A DNA stretch of 64,000 bases from an uncultured Fibrobacterota bacterium. GTDB taxonomy: Bacteria > Fibrobacterota > Chitinivibrionia > Chitinivibrionales > CAYFVL01. The DNA lies in assembly GCA_964419255.1 (NCBI GenBank), contig CAYQOU010000003.1:1417-65416 (forward strand). Direction: 5' to 3'. The notes under the pieces were generated by a model. The model saw only the letters and a program-made list of their open reading frames with translations, was not told the DNA's origin and did no database searches. Within the stretch, counting starts at the first letter, position 1; each line of letters begins with the position of its first letter. The position numbers were made by a program, and so were the translations under genes. Of the stretch, positions 19,266 through 29,155 are shown one piece after another.

Positions 19266-20681
19266 CTATCTATTTGGATCCTTGTATATAATTCGTCTGT
19301 ATTTTTGCCAGCCATTTGAAAGGGCGTCTTCCGCAGTTCTGGTATAGATGATCTTATCTACTATTTTACCGTGTTTGTTTAGATGTATTATGTACATCGA
19401 ATCCTGAGTCCATTTGCCTGTTTTTACATCAAATAGGTCAGCGGTTATTATGGTGCTGTCCTGTTGTCTGTTTTCTGAAAAGGTAATCAGCGGTATCCAC
19501 TCCCTTTTTGATGAATCGAAATATTTGCGTCCCTTTATCTTTAAGCCGTAAGGGGTGATGAAATCAAACTGCCTGGTCTGCCCCCATTTTCCGGTTTCTT
19601 TGCCGTAGTATCCCCATTCATCTATGCCCAAATCGGAGGAGATATCGCGCGTCTGCCTGTAATAGTGCAGCAGTTTCCATCCTGACACTTCAAGGGTATA
19701 TGTCGACTCGGCTACGGTATACTGGTGTTTGTCGGGGTTATATTTACGCTTCCAAATGTAGTGAATTCCTGTATGGCCGTCGCGTGAGTCTCCGGAAAAA
19801 TTCAGACATAACCGGTGTGTCAACAGGTTGCCCCGTTCGTCTCGTTTTACAAGCTCTACATACAGAGGCGTAACACCACTATCTCTTAATTCCACCAGGC
19901 TGTCGTACACAATGCCGGCACTGTCCTTTACCCGAAAAAGTTTCGCTTTATCCACGAGCCATGCTTGGCTCTCTTCATCCCAGTAATCTACGGAAATGGT
20001 ACTAAGCTCCCGGGATATCGAATCACTGTTTTCCCGATACTGTCTGCGTGTCGCAGTCGTTTCCCGGGTATCGGAGCGCCAGATGGTACTGTTTTGAATC
20101 CACCGGGCATCATTACTCCAGCTGTTTTCGGTAGTATAAATTATTGTGGTAGTATCCCATCCGTATTGAGACGAAATGGTTTGGGTGATAACCCGCTTCT
20201 TTACCCTGTCGTAACTGTCATACACGGTAAGATCTTCGGCACACCACCTCTTTTCTGCCGCATCCCATGCCGCATCCCGCAGCACTACCCTGTTTCCCAC
20301 GATATCGATTGTATCGATCTCTTTACGCGTGCCCTCTATCATCCTCCAGCCACTGTCCTGAAACCACCTATACACTAGCCAGCTAACCGGGTAGTGAAGA
20401 TCATCATAGGAGAATCGCTCCCATAGGTCATTAACCCATTTTGTACCAGTCCACTTCTCATGCATGATACTGATGCACTGACCGGAGGTGTCAAAGGTAT
20501 AGGTAAGGCGTACATCACTACACCAATGGTAGGTGTTCCACTTCTCCTTTACAACTATACTCTGTCTAAACAATCCGGTAGTGCTGCCCGTGGTATGAAA
20601 AACTATGCCTTGCAGAAAAAAAAGTATGAAAACGAATAGACGATGTACAGAGGCAAAAGTAAAGGATGAGCGTGTATTCAT
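19266..20681 (-). CDS. Secreted Trp/Tyr/Asp-rich repeat protein, paralog B (unknown function)
   Basis: Paralog of 11543-12952 along the full length. I prefer the ATG at 20681 (MNTRSSFTFASVHRLFVFILFFLQG, signal-like) to the track start at 20762. Confidence 0.7.
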   Translation of the reverse strand: MNTRSSFTFASVHRLFVFILFFLQGIVFHTTGSTTGLFRQSIVVKEKWNTYHWCSDVRLTYTFDTSGQCISIMHEKWTGTKWVNDLWERFSYDDLHYPVSWLVYRWFQDSGWRMIEGTRKEIDTIDIVGNRVVLRDAAWDAAEKRWCAEDLTVYDSYDRVKKRVITQTISSQYGWDTTTIIYTTENSWSNDARWIQNSTIWRSDTRETTATRRQYRENSDSISRELSTISVDYWDEESQAWLVDKAKLFRVKDSAGIVYDSLVELRDSGVTPLYVELVKRDERGNLLTHRLCLNFSGDSRDGHTGIHYIWKRKYNPDKHQYTVAESTYTLEVSGWKLLHYYRQTRDISSDLGIDEWGYYGKETGKWGQTRQFDFITPYGLKIKGRKYFDSSKREWIPLITFSENRQQDSTIITADLFDVKTGKWTQDSMYIIHLNKHGKIVDKIIYTRTAEDALSNGWQKYRRIIYKDPNR

Positions 20682-21085
20682 GGTTTTTCCCCTGAAGGTC
20701 ATATGATGATAACGGGATATGCGCCGTTTTATGTCCTGCTTCGCCATGTTCTTGTAGTCCAAAAATCAGACCAGTGAGCGGGGTAACGGGTAAGGCAAAA
20801 TTGCAAAACACAGAGTAGATTGAGCTATAAATTCCTCAAACCAACTTCAAATCACAATTTTTGCGCTTAAAAGAAGGATGGCGCCGGATTGATAAAATGC
20901 GCATGCGCGAAAGTGAAAAAGGTGGGAAAGAGAAGGGGTGATAAGCAAGAATGGGGAGTCTGCACAGGAAAATAGCAGCTCCGGCATTATGAGATGAAAT
21001 AACCGCCTTGTAGATGCGTCTGTGCAGAGAGGAATACTTTTTCGCACGAATGAACAGAAACAAATCTACCCGCGGCACATCATTT

Positions 21086-22069
21086 TCATCCTGAAAAGGA
21101 GTCCCTTTTTTGTGAAGCTCGGAACAGCCGATCGTTTATGGCTCTCCCCAGACCGGTGTCGGGAACTGATGTCGCGACTATTAGATCCAGATGAGCAGCA
21201 TCGAGCCGCTTGAGCGCGGAAAAAAGATTACAGGCGGCTTCCGAAAGATCCTCGGTCGGCGAGAGGTTCTCGACTCTATGAAAAAATGCATCTTCAACCG
21301 GCTTGCCTATGGTCAGCAGTCCCATGCGCTTGCCTTCCGGCAGCTCGGTGATGGTGTCGGTTAGTATCAAAGGAGTGCCGGGAGCATAATGTCTGCTGAA
21401 CCGTCCAGGGGAGGCATGCTTGAGCTCATCGCGCTCGGGAACATGTACGGTCCCGATTATTTCCTCTATATCCTCCAGAGCAATACCCCCTGGCCGCAGC
21501 AGGGTAGGCCTTGATTCCATAAAGGAGACAATGGTTGATTCAACTCCCACATCGCAGCATCCACCATCGATTATCAGATCCACCGCATCGCCAAGATCTG
21601 CTCTGACATGATCGGCACAGGTAGGACTGATACAGCCAAAGGAGTTGGCACTGGGAGCAGAAATCGCTGCGTGGGACGAGTTGATCAACTCCAGGGCAAT
21701 CGGATTATCAGGCATGCGGATTCCAACTCCGGGGAGGCCCGCGGTGACCAGGTCGGGAATCGAGGACCTTTTTCTTACAATCATGGTCAAAGGGCCGGGC
21801 CAGAATTGGTCCATGAGCCTTCGTGCCTCCGGCGGTATCTCGGCAGCAACATGCTCAGCCTGATCGGGAGAGCCGATATGCACAATCAGCGGATCGAATT
21901 CGGGACGTTTCTTTATGGCGAAAATCTTTGCCACTGCCTGTTCATTGCGTGCATCTGCTCCAAGTCCGTATACCGTCTCGGTGGGAAATGCAACCGTTCC
22001 CCCGGAAACAATTATGGAAGCTGCTTTCTCAATTATTCTGTTCACTGTACTCTCCACTGGTTTTCTCAC
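21086..22069 (-). CDS. tsaC: L-threonylcarbamoyladenylate synthase, long Sua5 form (YrdC domain + Sua5 C-terminal domain)
   Basis: YrdC/Sua5 signature (GGTVAFPTETVYGLGADA, …SAPSANSFG…). The 327-aa length fits the two-domain form. Confidence 0.85.
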   Translation of the reverse strand: MRKPVESTVNRIIEKAASIIVSGGTVAFPTETVYGLGADARNEQAVAKIFAIKKRPEFDPLIVHIGSPDQAEHVAAEIPPEARRLMDQFWPGPLTMIVRKRSSIPDLVTAGLPGVGIRMPDNPIALELINSSHAAISAPSANSFGCISPTCADHVRADLGDAVDLIIDGGCCDVGVESTIVSFMESRPTLLRPGGIALEDIEEIIGTVHVPERDELKHASPGRFSRHYAPGTPLILTDTITELPEGKRMGLLTIGKPVEDAFFHRVENLSPTEDLSEAACNLFSALKRLDAAHLDLIVATSVPDTGLGRAINDRLFRASQKRDSFSG

Positions 22070-22470
22070 ATCTAACCGGCTTTCCCGGCGCAGATTGACA
22101 TCTCTATTCTTCGCACAATCCGTCTGGCGGTATTACTTCTGATAATCACCCCATAATCATCGGGAGGGAAATGTCACATGCTATCACGGAAGAGTTTTTG
22201 TCGGCAAGGTCCCGATCAAAGATGCTCAGTAACCATTGCAGAGATTTGCTGCCTGATAGAATGGGTTTTTCCGACCGGATATAATATATCGGAGTAGTAA
22301 GATTTGGCCCTTTGTCTGCGCAAAAGAAAAATATATCATTTCTCCATTTATTTCGTATCAATGCCGCTATTATGCAGCTGCATGAGCTGAAGTTGAATGA
22401 AAATACTCCACGATCAGAAATAGAATGGGATTTAGTTTCTTTGTCTTAAACCTGTCCTCTGTATCCTCGC

Positions 22471-22523
22471 TCCCGTCTCTTCCCGCTTGCGGGCCAGAAG
22501 GACGGGAAGAAAAGCTTTTTTTT
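22471..22523 (+). terminator. Intrinsic-terminator-like hairpin plus T8 in the 5' leader of the methyltransferase gene
   Basis: tcttcccg (22478-22485) pairs with cgggaaga (22503-22510). An alternative pairing is tcccgtc (22471-22477) with gacggga (22501-22507). The hairpin is followed by aaaagctttttttt. No plus-strand ORF lies upstream. Confidence 0.4.
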
Positions 22524-22604
22524 ATAGAAAACGCGTGTCATTTCAGGATCTGATTCATATACTTTATCAGGGTGTTTCCGATCATATATAGATGAGGTTT
22601 TCTC

Positions 22605-23468
22605 ATGGATAACGTATTGAATCAGGCTCAGATCGAAGAGTGTAAAAGCCGTTTTAATTTGACCTATCATGTTTCTTATGCCGCCATGTGCCGAAAAATG
22701 GCGGGATTTGCCGGAAAGGATGTTCTGGAGGTAGGAGGAAGCCTTCCTCCAGAATTTGTATTCGACTATCTGAAGGTCAGAACCTGGACCGCTATGGAAA
22801 CTCCTGAATATGATCAGGCACTCAAAGAAACCGGTGGAATCACTCACAAGGGGACAATCCTGGGAAATGAAGGCATGGACTATGTGCCGGGAGCTGATAC
22901 TATCATCAAGGAAAATTATCGTTTTATTTACGGCAATATCGAGGAGCTGTCAGAGCGGCTTTACGAGCAATTCGACCTGATTTTCTCGATAGCAACATTC
23001 GAACATATCCATAAGATGCCGATGGCTCTGGAACAAATGTATAATGCTCTAAAAGCCGACGGAAAGGTGTTTAGCATGTTTTCACCGGTATGGTCATCCT
23101 TTGACGGCCATCACCTGCCCAAGATTACCGATATTGATGGAAAGAGCTACAATTTTGGGAATAGCCCGATACCTGCCTGGGGACATTTACTCATGGGGCC
23201 GGCGGAGATGTATGAATACCTGTGCACAAAAACCGACAAGGTGACAGCCGCACACATGGCCTATTATGTATACAACTCAACGCACATCAACCGATTCTTT
23301 GTGGAAGACTATATACGGTTTTTCTCGCTGAGTCCCTTTACTGTGGAAACCTGTAATCTTACATTTCCCGCCAGCATGCCTCCGGGGATGCAAAAAAGAT
23401 TGCAAGAGCTATTTCCGGGGAAAAAGCATTTCGCATACAATGGCATTCTGGTTATTCTAAAAAAATAG
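22605..23468 (+). CDS. Putative class I SAM-dependent methyltransferase
   Basis: Motif I-like GKDVLEVGGSLPPE and motif post-I/II-like FDLIFSIATFEHI…LKADGKVF. This is a weak assignment by eye. Confidence 0.5.
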   Translation: MDNVLNQAQIEECKSRFNLTYHVSYAAMCRKMAGFAGKDVLEVGGSLPPEFVFDYLKVRTWTAMETPEYDQALKETGGITHKGTILGNEGMDYVPGADTIIKENYRFIYGNIEELSERLYEQFDLIFSIATFEHIHKMPMALEQMYNALKADGKVFSMFSPVWSSFDGHHLPKITDIDGKSYNFGNSPIPAWGHLLMGPAEMYEYLCTKTDKVTAAHMAYYVYNSTHINRFFVEDYIRFFSLSPFTVETCNLTFPASMPPGMQKRLQELFPGKKHFAYNGILVILKK

Positions 23469-23479
23469 TTGCAAGTTGA

Positions 23480-26400
23480 TTATTTGACTGAAAGCTGTTC
23501 AAAAATCTCCTCTATTTGATCTACCGAACGCTTGATGTCGAAGGTGTCGAAAGCACGTTTTTGCCCCTGCCTTCTGAGTCGGTCCCAAAGAGGATGATCG
23601 TGGTGCAGAGTAAGCAGTTTTCCTGTGAGCGAGAGGTGATCGCCCGATTTAAACACCAGTCCCGATTGCATGTCCTGTACAATCTCAGCGGCTCCACCGG
23701 TTGCACTCGTGATTACACATGCCCCGGAAGCCATCGCTTCAACCTGGCTGATACCGAATGCCTCCGAAACCAGGGAGGGAAAGACCAGTACATTATGGCT
23801 TTTGTACATCCTCACCAGCTCATCCCGCGTGAGATTGCCGGTGAAATGCACCTGATTTGACAGTCCTGCACGGGCACATATCCTCTTGAGATTCTCAACG
23901 AAAGTCATGTCCGTGCTGGTGCCGGCGATCGTCGCACTGAAGGGTATTCCACGCGACTCGAGTTCGAGGAGCGCCTTTATTAAAATCTGCGGTCCCTTGT
24001 AGGGGAGAACGATGCCGGCATAGGCAATGGATAGCGAGCCGGGTTCTTCCAGGTCAGCCTGGTAGAACCTGTCGACCAGCGCTCCGGGGTAGATGACGTC
24101 GATGTGCTTGAGCGGATAGCCTTTTCGCCATATCTCGTCCCGAAGCCATCGACTGGCTGTCGCGAGTCGGTAGAGGGGATCTCCCGGTGACTGCTCCGGT
24201 GGATATCCCGGTTGTGGATTACCCAGATGCTGTAAAACCGGTACGCGACGGTTGATAAGTTCAAAAATCAGATCTGCACCAATGAAATCAGCATTTCCAA
24301 ACAGGCACACATCGGGTTTGTATGCTTGCAGTGCAGCATTGAGAGTGTGAACATTCTTCTCAATAACCTGCCTCACCACCTCAGCATCGAAAGAGTTGGT
24401 GATACCGTTTTTCCATTCACCAAACAATTCCAGATCTCTCGATATGTCCTTTTCTTCCGAAGGCGCTTGTCCCAGATAGGCTGTATCAGAGGTTAATACC
24501 TGTACCTGATAACCGCGGCCGCGCAACAGTTCGGTAAAATCGAAAAGCAGTCTGCCATAGCCACCCAGCTCCTGCGGTGGGAACAGGTTATTGATGATCA
24601 GTATCCGCTGGGCAGCTGTGCCTTTGGATAATCGTCCTTTTTGTGGAGCAGTATGTTGCAGGTGCTCGACTGCAGCCTTAATGTGGAGCTGATCGGCCTT
24701 GAGTCGGAGTGATTGACGAAATGTTTCAAGCGCCTGGTGTGTAGAAGAGATTTCCAGAAACAGATTTCCCAACATATTCAGGTAATCCACTCTTTCGGGA
24801 AACAGCGCTGTGAGTCGTTGGAGGTAGGGAATCGCTTTGGTCACTAGACCTGCTGCGCAGTAGTGATCAACGGTTGACAAAAGAAGCGTTTTATCTTTGG
24901 GTGAGATAAACACAGCCTGCTCCAAAAGCTCCCCGGCCGTTTCTTTATCTTGAAATCGATACGCTAACAGACCAAGAATATGGATACGTTTGCCGTCGGA
25001 TGTGTTGCCGGTAAGCTGCGAACGCAAGGTCGACAACAAATCGACCGGCGAGAAAGAGGTGAGCAGTATGCTGAGAAAATCAGAGTAATTTTTCCATTGC
25101 CATATCTGTGGGTTATTCTGAAACTTCTCCAATCCTGCGGATATTAATGATTCTTCGCATTTGTCGCAGCATTCACCCAAAAGGGCAATCCGCAAGGACG
25201 GATAGGTATGAATCAGCCTTGCGATATAATCTTCTTCCCAATCGCCCGGTTTAATTACCAACAAATCCCACAATTTTTTTGTTTCCGGATTAATTTCGAT
25301 GTGAGCACCAGTGGTACCGTCGTATTGATGCTCCTCGAGGAAGGCTGCCCAGCTGATCGGATCGTTAGTATCGATACCCATGTTCAGACGCGGTAGATCG
25401 TGACAGTCATCTATCAGGTGCCGGTCGGCTTCCGAGGCGAAGCAGACCAGAGGGGTCGGACTCTGCAGATGCAGCTCCTGAATATGCTCATATAATGAGA
25501 CGCGTTCGTAAAGGCTCCGAAAAGATGATGTGTGAATGTGAGCACGTTTGTCTCGCTCTATTTTATATTCAGGTGTCAGATCTCCCCCAAAGACGCAACT
25601 GAACAATTCTTGGGCTTTTTGTTCGGGGCGATGTTTTTCCCAGAATTTTTGTTTGCCCGCTCTTGATATTTTCTCTCTTTGACCGGAATTTTCCATGTAG
25701 AACTGGATTAGCTGCTGCAGATCCGACGGACTTTTATAGGTGCGAAGATGCACGCCATCCTCAAACAGCAGATCGAGTCCTGATTCTTTGCTCAGTTGAT
25801 CGGTAAGAAGAAAGCCACCGCTTGAAAGCACTTCAAAGATACGGAGATTCATATCCCCGTTGAGGCTGCAGTTTAGATTTATTTTAGATTCGGCATATAC
25901 TTGCGCGGCCTTTTGCTGTGGCAGCTGCATATGCTCTACCGCTTGACTTTTTTTACGGAGATAATCAAGAACATATCTTCGGTATGGATGCCATTGCGCC
26001 GTCTGGCCGATAAAGCTTACAGAGTGTTTGTACTCCATAACCTCCGGCTGTGGGTGGGGAAAGACATTGAAGCCGGGTATCCAGTGCACATTTCGAAAAC
26101 CCGCCTCACAGAAGTAATGCAGGTGATGCCGCTTGTGATCAGTTATTACCCAGTCAAACTTCTCCTGTCGTGCGTAGTCAAGAAGCATCCGCAGGGGGCG
26201 ATTGAGATGTTGAGTATTTCCGAGGATCAGTACCTTCGGACATGGTGCACTTCTCAGACCAACGGGAAAATTGCGTGCAGTTGCATCTGCTTTGATAATG
26301 ATAACATCTGGTTGTTGATTGGGCGGCAGCGTTTTTATAACAGGTTCGATGGAATATACCCCTGATGGTGTGCGAAAGCTTTTTATCATCGACTGGTGTT

Positions 26401-26551
26401 CAACCGACTGGCAATCAGGGCCGCAGAAAATTTCATTGGGAGAAAAAATGATCGGACGGTAGGCTTCCCTTTGTGCAAGAAAAAACAGCAAAGCTTTACA
26501 ATCGGGATAAAGTGCAGGGTCGTGAAGGTTGTATGAGTTGAGCTCAGTCAT
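23480..26551 (-). CDS. Multi-module glycosyltransferase (CgeB-like GT module - TPR region - GT4/GT1-family module)
   Basis: N-terminal CgeB/Glyco_trans_1_2-like region (INLNCSLNGDMNLRIFEVLSSGGFLLTD…). TPR-like repeats lie in the middle. The C-terminal GT4 module carries the EX7E-type motif (PSLVSEAFGISQVEAMASGACVI). Confidence 0.7.
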   Translation of the reverse strand: MTELNSYNLHDPALYPDCKALLFFLAQREAYRPIIFSPNEIFCGPDCQSVEHQSMIKSFRTPSGVYSIEPVIKTLPPNQQPDVIIIKADATARNFPVGLRSAPCPKVLILGNTQHLNRPLRMLLDYARQEKFDWVITDHKRHHLHYFCEAGFRNVHWIPGFNVFPHPQPEVMEYKHSVSFIGQTAQWHPYRRYVLDYLRKKSQAVEHMQLPQQKAAQVYAESKINLNCSLNGDMNLRIFEVLSSGGFLLTDQLSKESGLDLLFEDGVHLRTYKSPSDLQQLIQFYMENSGQREKISRAGKQKFWEKHRPEQKAQELFSCVFGGDLTPEYKIERDKRAHIHTSSFRSLYERVSLYEHIQELHLQSPTPLVCFASEADRHLIDDCHDLPRLNMGIDTNDPISWAAFLEEHQYDGTTGAHIEINPETKKLWDLLVIKPGDWEEDYIARLIHTYPSLRIALLGECCDKCEESLISAGLEKFQNNPQIWQWKNYSDFLSILLTSFSPVDLLSTLRSQLTGNTSDGKRIHILGLLAYRFQDKETAGELLEQAVFISPKDKTLLLSTVDHYCAAGLVTKAIPYLQRLTALFPERVDYLNMLGNLFLEISSTHQALETFRQSLRLKADQLHIKAAVEHLQHTAPQKGRLSKGTAAQRILIINNLFPPQELGGYGRLLFDFTELLRGRGYQVQVLTSDTAYLGQAPSEEKDISRDLELFGEWKNGITNSFDAEVVRQVIEKNVHTLNAALQAYKPDVCLFGNADFIGADLIFELINRRVPVLQHLGNPQPGYPPEQSPGDPLYRLATASRWLRDEIWRKGYPLKHIDVIYPGALVDRFYQADLEEPGSLSIAYAGIVLPYKGPQILIKALLELESRGIPFSATIAGTSTDMTFVENLKRICARAGLSNQVHFTGNLTRDELVRMYKSHNVLVFPSLVSEAFGISQVEAMASGACVITSATGGAAEIVQDMQSGLVFKSGDHLSLTGKLLTLHHDHPLWDRLRRQGQKRAFDTFDIKRSVDQIEEIFEQLSVK

Positions 26552-26694
26552 TTTGTATCACCTCTGTTTGTCGAATTCGCTTATACAAAAATATACAACC
26601 TTGCCGACCACGAGGCGGAATGGATTCTCAGAGCTTTTTTCAGGCTGTTCAAAACACACCGGTCTGAGATTGTTCCTCTCCCGAAGCGTTTTTA

Positions 26695-27651
26695 TCAAAA
26701 CAGTTCAAAGGAGAAGTATTTTTTGGGATTCTTCTGAATATCCTCGACCAGGGCGTTAAGCACTTTGACCGTGGTGCGTAGCTCATGTGCCAGCTGCTCA
26801 TCTTTAACCAGTGTGCCGGCTGTACCCTGCCCCTGTTGAATTTCTTGCAGAATGGAGGAGAGCTGCTGTGCCGATTGATTTAGATTATTGTACAGCTGTG
26901 CATCGTGGGTGAGCTGGTATAGTGTGCCGGAGCTGTCGTTTAGTCGATTGCCGAATTGGGCAAGCGATTGGCCGGCTTGTGTGACCGAGCGATATAAGCT
27001 TGGATCCTCAATCAGTTTTTGAAAGGTGCCGTCTTCGTTCATCATCCATTGGGTCAATGTTCGGAAATTTTTCATGGTGGCGGCAAGATTTTCATAAAGT
27101 GTAGAATCCTGAAGAAGTCTGGCCAGATTTCCCTGACCTTTTTGAATGCTTGCGACCAGCGTATCCAACCTTATTATAAACGACTCCACCTTGTTTACCG
27201 ATTCTGCGCCGTATTCGATTATCTCTCCGAGCCCCGGTGAAATTTCTCCCTGTATTTGAGCGTTGGGCTCGATCGGTTCTCCTTGGGGCGATCCGGGATC
27301 AATCGAAACAAACTTGTCGCCCAGAAGCCCCATGGTCATTATTGAAGCTTTAGCGTCCCGGTGAATGAACTTCAGTTTACTTTTTTTCACCGACAGAGTA
27401 ACAACAGTGCCTTCCTGCGTGAGTTCGATATCGCTAACGGTGCCAATTTCCACACCTAAAAGCCACACCGGTGCGCCGTTTCTCAGACCGGCGACCTCAT
27501 TCATGTTGACGGTAAGCTCTGCGTTGGGAGAAAAGAGGCCGAAAAATGCTCCCGAAAAAAAGACGGTAATAAATAAGATGACCAGTGTGGTAGTGACTAC
27601 GATACCAACCTTAAACCGTGCCCATACAAGTCTTTTCTGGTGTTCGTTCAT
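26695..27651 (-). CDS. mlaD: MlaD/MCE-domain protein with long C-terminal helical extension
   Basis: N-terminal TM followed by an MCE domain (…VAGLRNGAPVWLLGVEIGTVSDIEL…). It is the last gene of the mlaE-mlaF-mlaD string. Confidence 0.75.
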   Translation of the reverse strand: MNEHQKRLVWARFKVGIVVTTTLVILFITVFFSGAFFGLFSPNAELTVNMNEVAGLRNGAPVWLLGVEIGTVSDIELTQEGTVVTLSVKKSKLKFIHRDAKASIMTMGLLGDKFVSIDPGSPQGEPIEPNAQIQGEISPGLGEIIEYGAESVNKVESFIIRLDTLVASIQKGQGNLARLLQDSTLYENLAATMKNFRTLTQWMMNEDGTFQKLIEDPSLYRSVTQAGQSLAQFGNRLNDSSGTLYQLTHDAQLYNNLNQSAQQLSSILQEIQQGQGTAGTLVKDEQLAHELRTTVKVLNALVEDIQKNPKKYFSFELF

Positions 27652-27653
27652 GG

Positions 27654-28394
27654 CTACCTCGATGCTCCAACAGTCGACTCATCAATAAACTTACGAATTT
27701 CGGGTATATCAGATTTTTCAAACGGCTCCCGGGGACCGTCAAAAAGGGCTTTGCCGCCTTTTATGAACATAAACCGATCTGCGATAGCAAACGCATCATG
27801 CATCTCATGGGTTACGATAATAAACCCCCTGCCTTCATCGGCTAAATCGACGATCAGCCGGCGAATGGTTCCCGCACTTATAGGGTCCAGATCACTGGTG
27901 GGCTCATCGTAGAGAAACATCTTCGGATCCCGTACCGCCAACGACCGCGCTATCGCCACACGTCTCTGCATCCCTCCGCTCAACTCCTCGGGCATAAGAC
28001 CGTAAGCGTTTTCTACTCCCACCCTGGCCAGAAGCTTTCTCACTCGGTTGTCGAGTTGCTGCTCGTCAAGATGGGTATATTCACGAAGAAAGAAGGCTAC
28101 ATTTTCTTTTACCGAAAGAGAATCGAACAATGCACCTTCCTGAAAAACGATGCTGAACTTCATTCTGACATCTCGCATATGCTTTTCCGATACCTCGGTG
28201 ATATCGACGCCGTCAATACGAATGCTCCCGCTATCAGGATGTAACAGCCCCATAACCAGTTTCAGTATGGTTGTCTTTCCCGCCCCGCTTCCACCAATAA
28301 CAGCGACACGTTCCAGTTCATTAATACCAAAACTCATATGACTGATAATCGGGCGGCCATTACGCCGGAATGTAACATCATCAAATTCGATCAT
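27654..28394 (-). CDS. mlaF: ABC transporter ATP-binding protein MlaF
   Basis: Walker A (GGSGAGKTT), signature (LSGGMQRRVAIAR) and Walker B (FLYDEPTSDLD). The start overlaps the mlaE stop as ATGA at 28391-28394. Confidence 0.85.
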   Translation of the reverse strand: MIEFDDVTFRRNGRPIISHMSFGINELERVAVIGGSGAGKTTILKLVMGLLHPDSGSIRIDGVDITEVSEKHMRDVRMKFSIVFQEGALFDSLSVKENVAFFLREYTHLDEQQLDNRVRKLLARVGVENAYGLMPEELSGGMQRRVAIARSLAVRDPKMFLYDEPTSDLDPISAGTIRRLIVDLADEGRGFIIVTHEMHDAFAIADRFMFIKGGKALFDGPREPFEKSDIPEIRKFIDESTVGASR

Positions 28395-29155
28395 ATGCTA
28401 TATCCCAGGGCCGAAAGGATAATTTTCGTAACCACAAAATCCATGATTATGATCAGAATGGTTGACGTGACAAAGGCTCGTGTAGTGGAACTTTTGAGGC
28501 CTACGGCACCTCCTTTGGTGGACAGACCCGCATAGCAGCTCACCGATGCGATAATAAAGCCGAACACAAAAGGCTTCAGAGTGCCGGGGAGTAGGTAGCG
28601 GTTCAGAAGAATCAGATCGAGCTGGTTCCAGTACACGGACGCACTCTGGTTGTTGACCACTACAGCAATGTAGGCACCCCCTACGATCGATACGAAATTG
28701 CCTATAATGGTAAGCGCCGGTAGCATAATCAGGGAGCTGAGGATGCGCGGCCCGATCAGCTTTTTGATCGGATCTACCCCGAAGGCCCGCAAGGAGTCGA
28801 GCTGGTTGCGCAGCACCATGCTTCCCAACTCGCTGGCCATGCCCGATCCTGCACGCCCCGCATATATTAACGCAATGGTCACCGGCCCGATTTCGCTGAT
28901 GATCGAGATCCCTACTACTCTTCCCGTATACATCTGAAGTCCGAGTATGGCAAATTCGGCCGATATCTGAAGAGACAACGCCATACCCACAAACAACATC
29001 ACCAGTATAACGATACTCAACGAGCCTGCCCCCGCATATGACATCTGATCGATGGTGTCGTTAAGGTAAAACGGGCGTTTACCCATTGCCAGGACGCCTC
29101 GGAAAGTCATCAGGTAGTAGTTTTGAAAGTGTTCCAGTATTGTCTTAGGATTCAT
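28391..29155 (-). CDS. mlaE: ABC transporter permease MlaE
   Basis: A 254-aa polytopic protein with MlaE-type sequence (…GAGSLSIVILV…GRVVGISIISEIGPV…AGRAGSGMASELGSM…). Confidence 0.85.
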   Translation of the reverse strand: MNPKTILEHFQNYYLMTFRGVLAMGKRPFYLNDTIDQMSYAGAGSLSIVILVMLFVGMALSLQISAEFAILGLQMYTGRVVGISIISEIGPVTIALIYAGRAGSGMASELGSMVLRNQLDSLRAFGVDPIKKLIGPRILSSLIMLPALTIIGNFVSIVGGAYIAVVVNNQSASVYWNQLDLILLNRYLLPGTLKPFVFGFIIASVSCYAGLSTKGGAVGLKSSTTRAFVTSTILIIIMDFVVTKIILSALGYSI

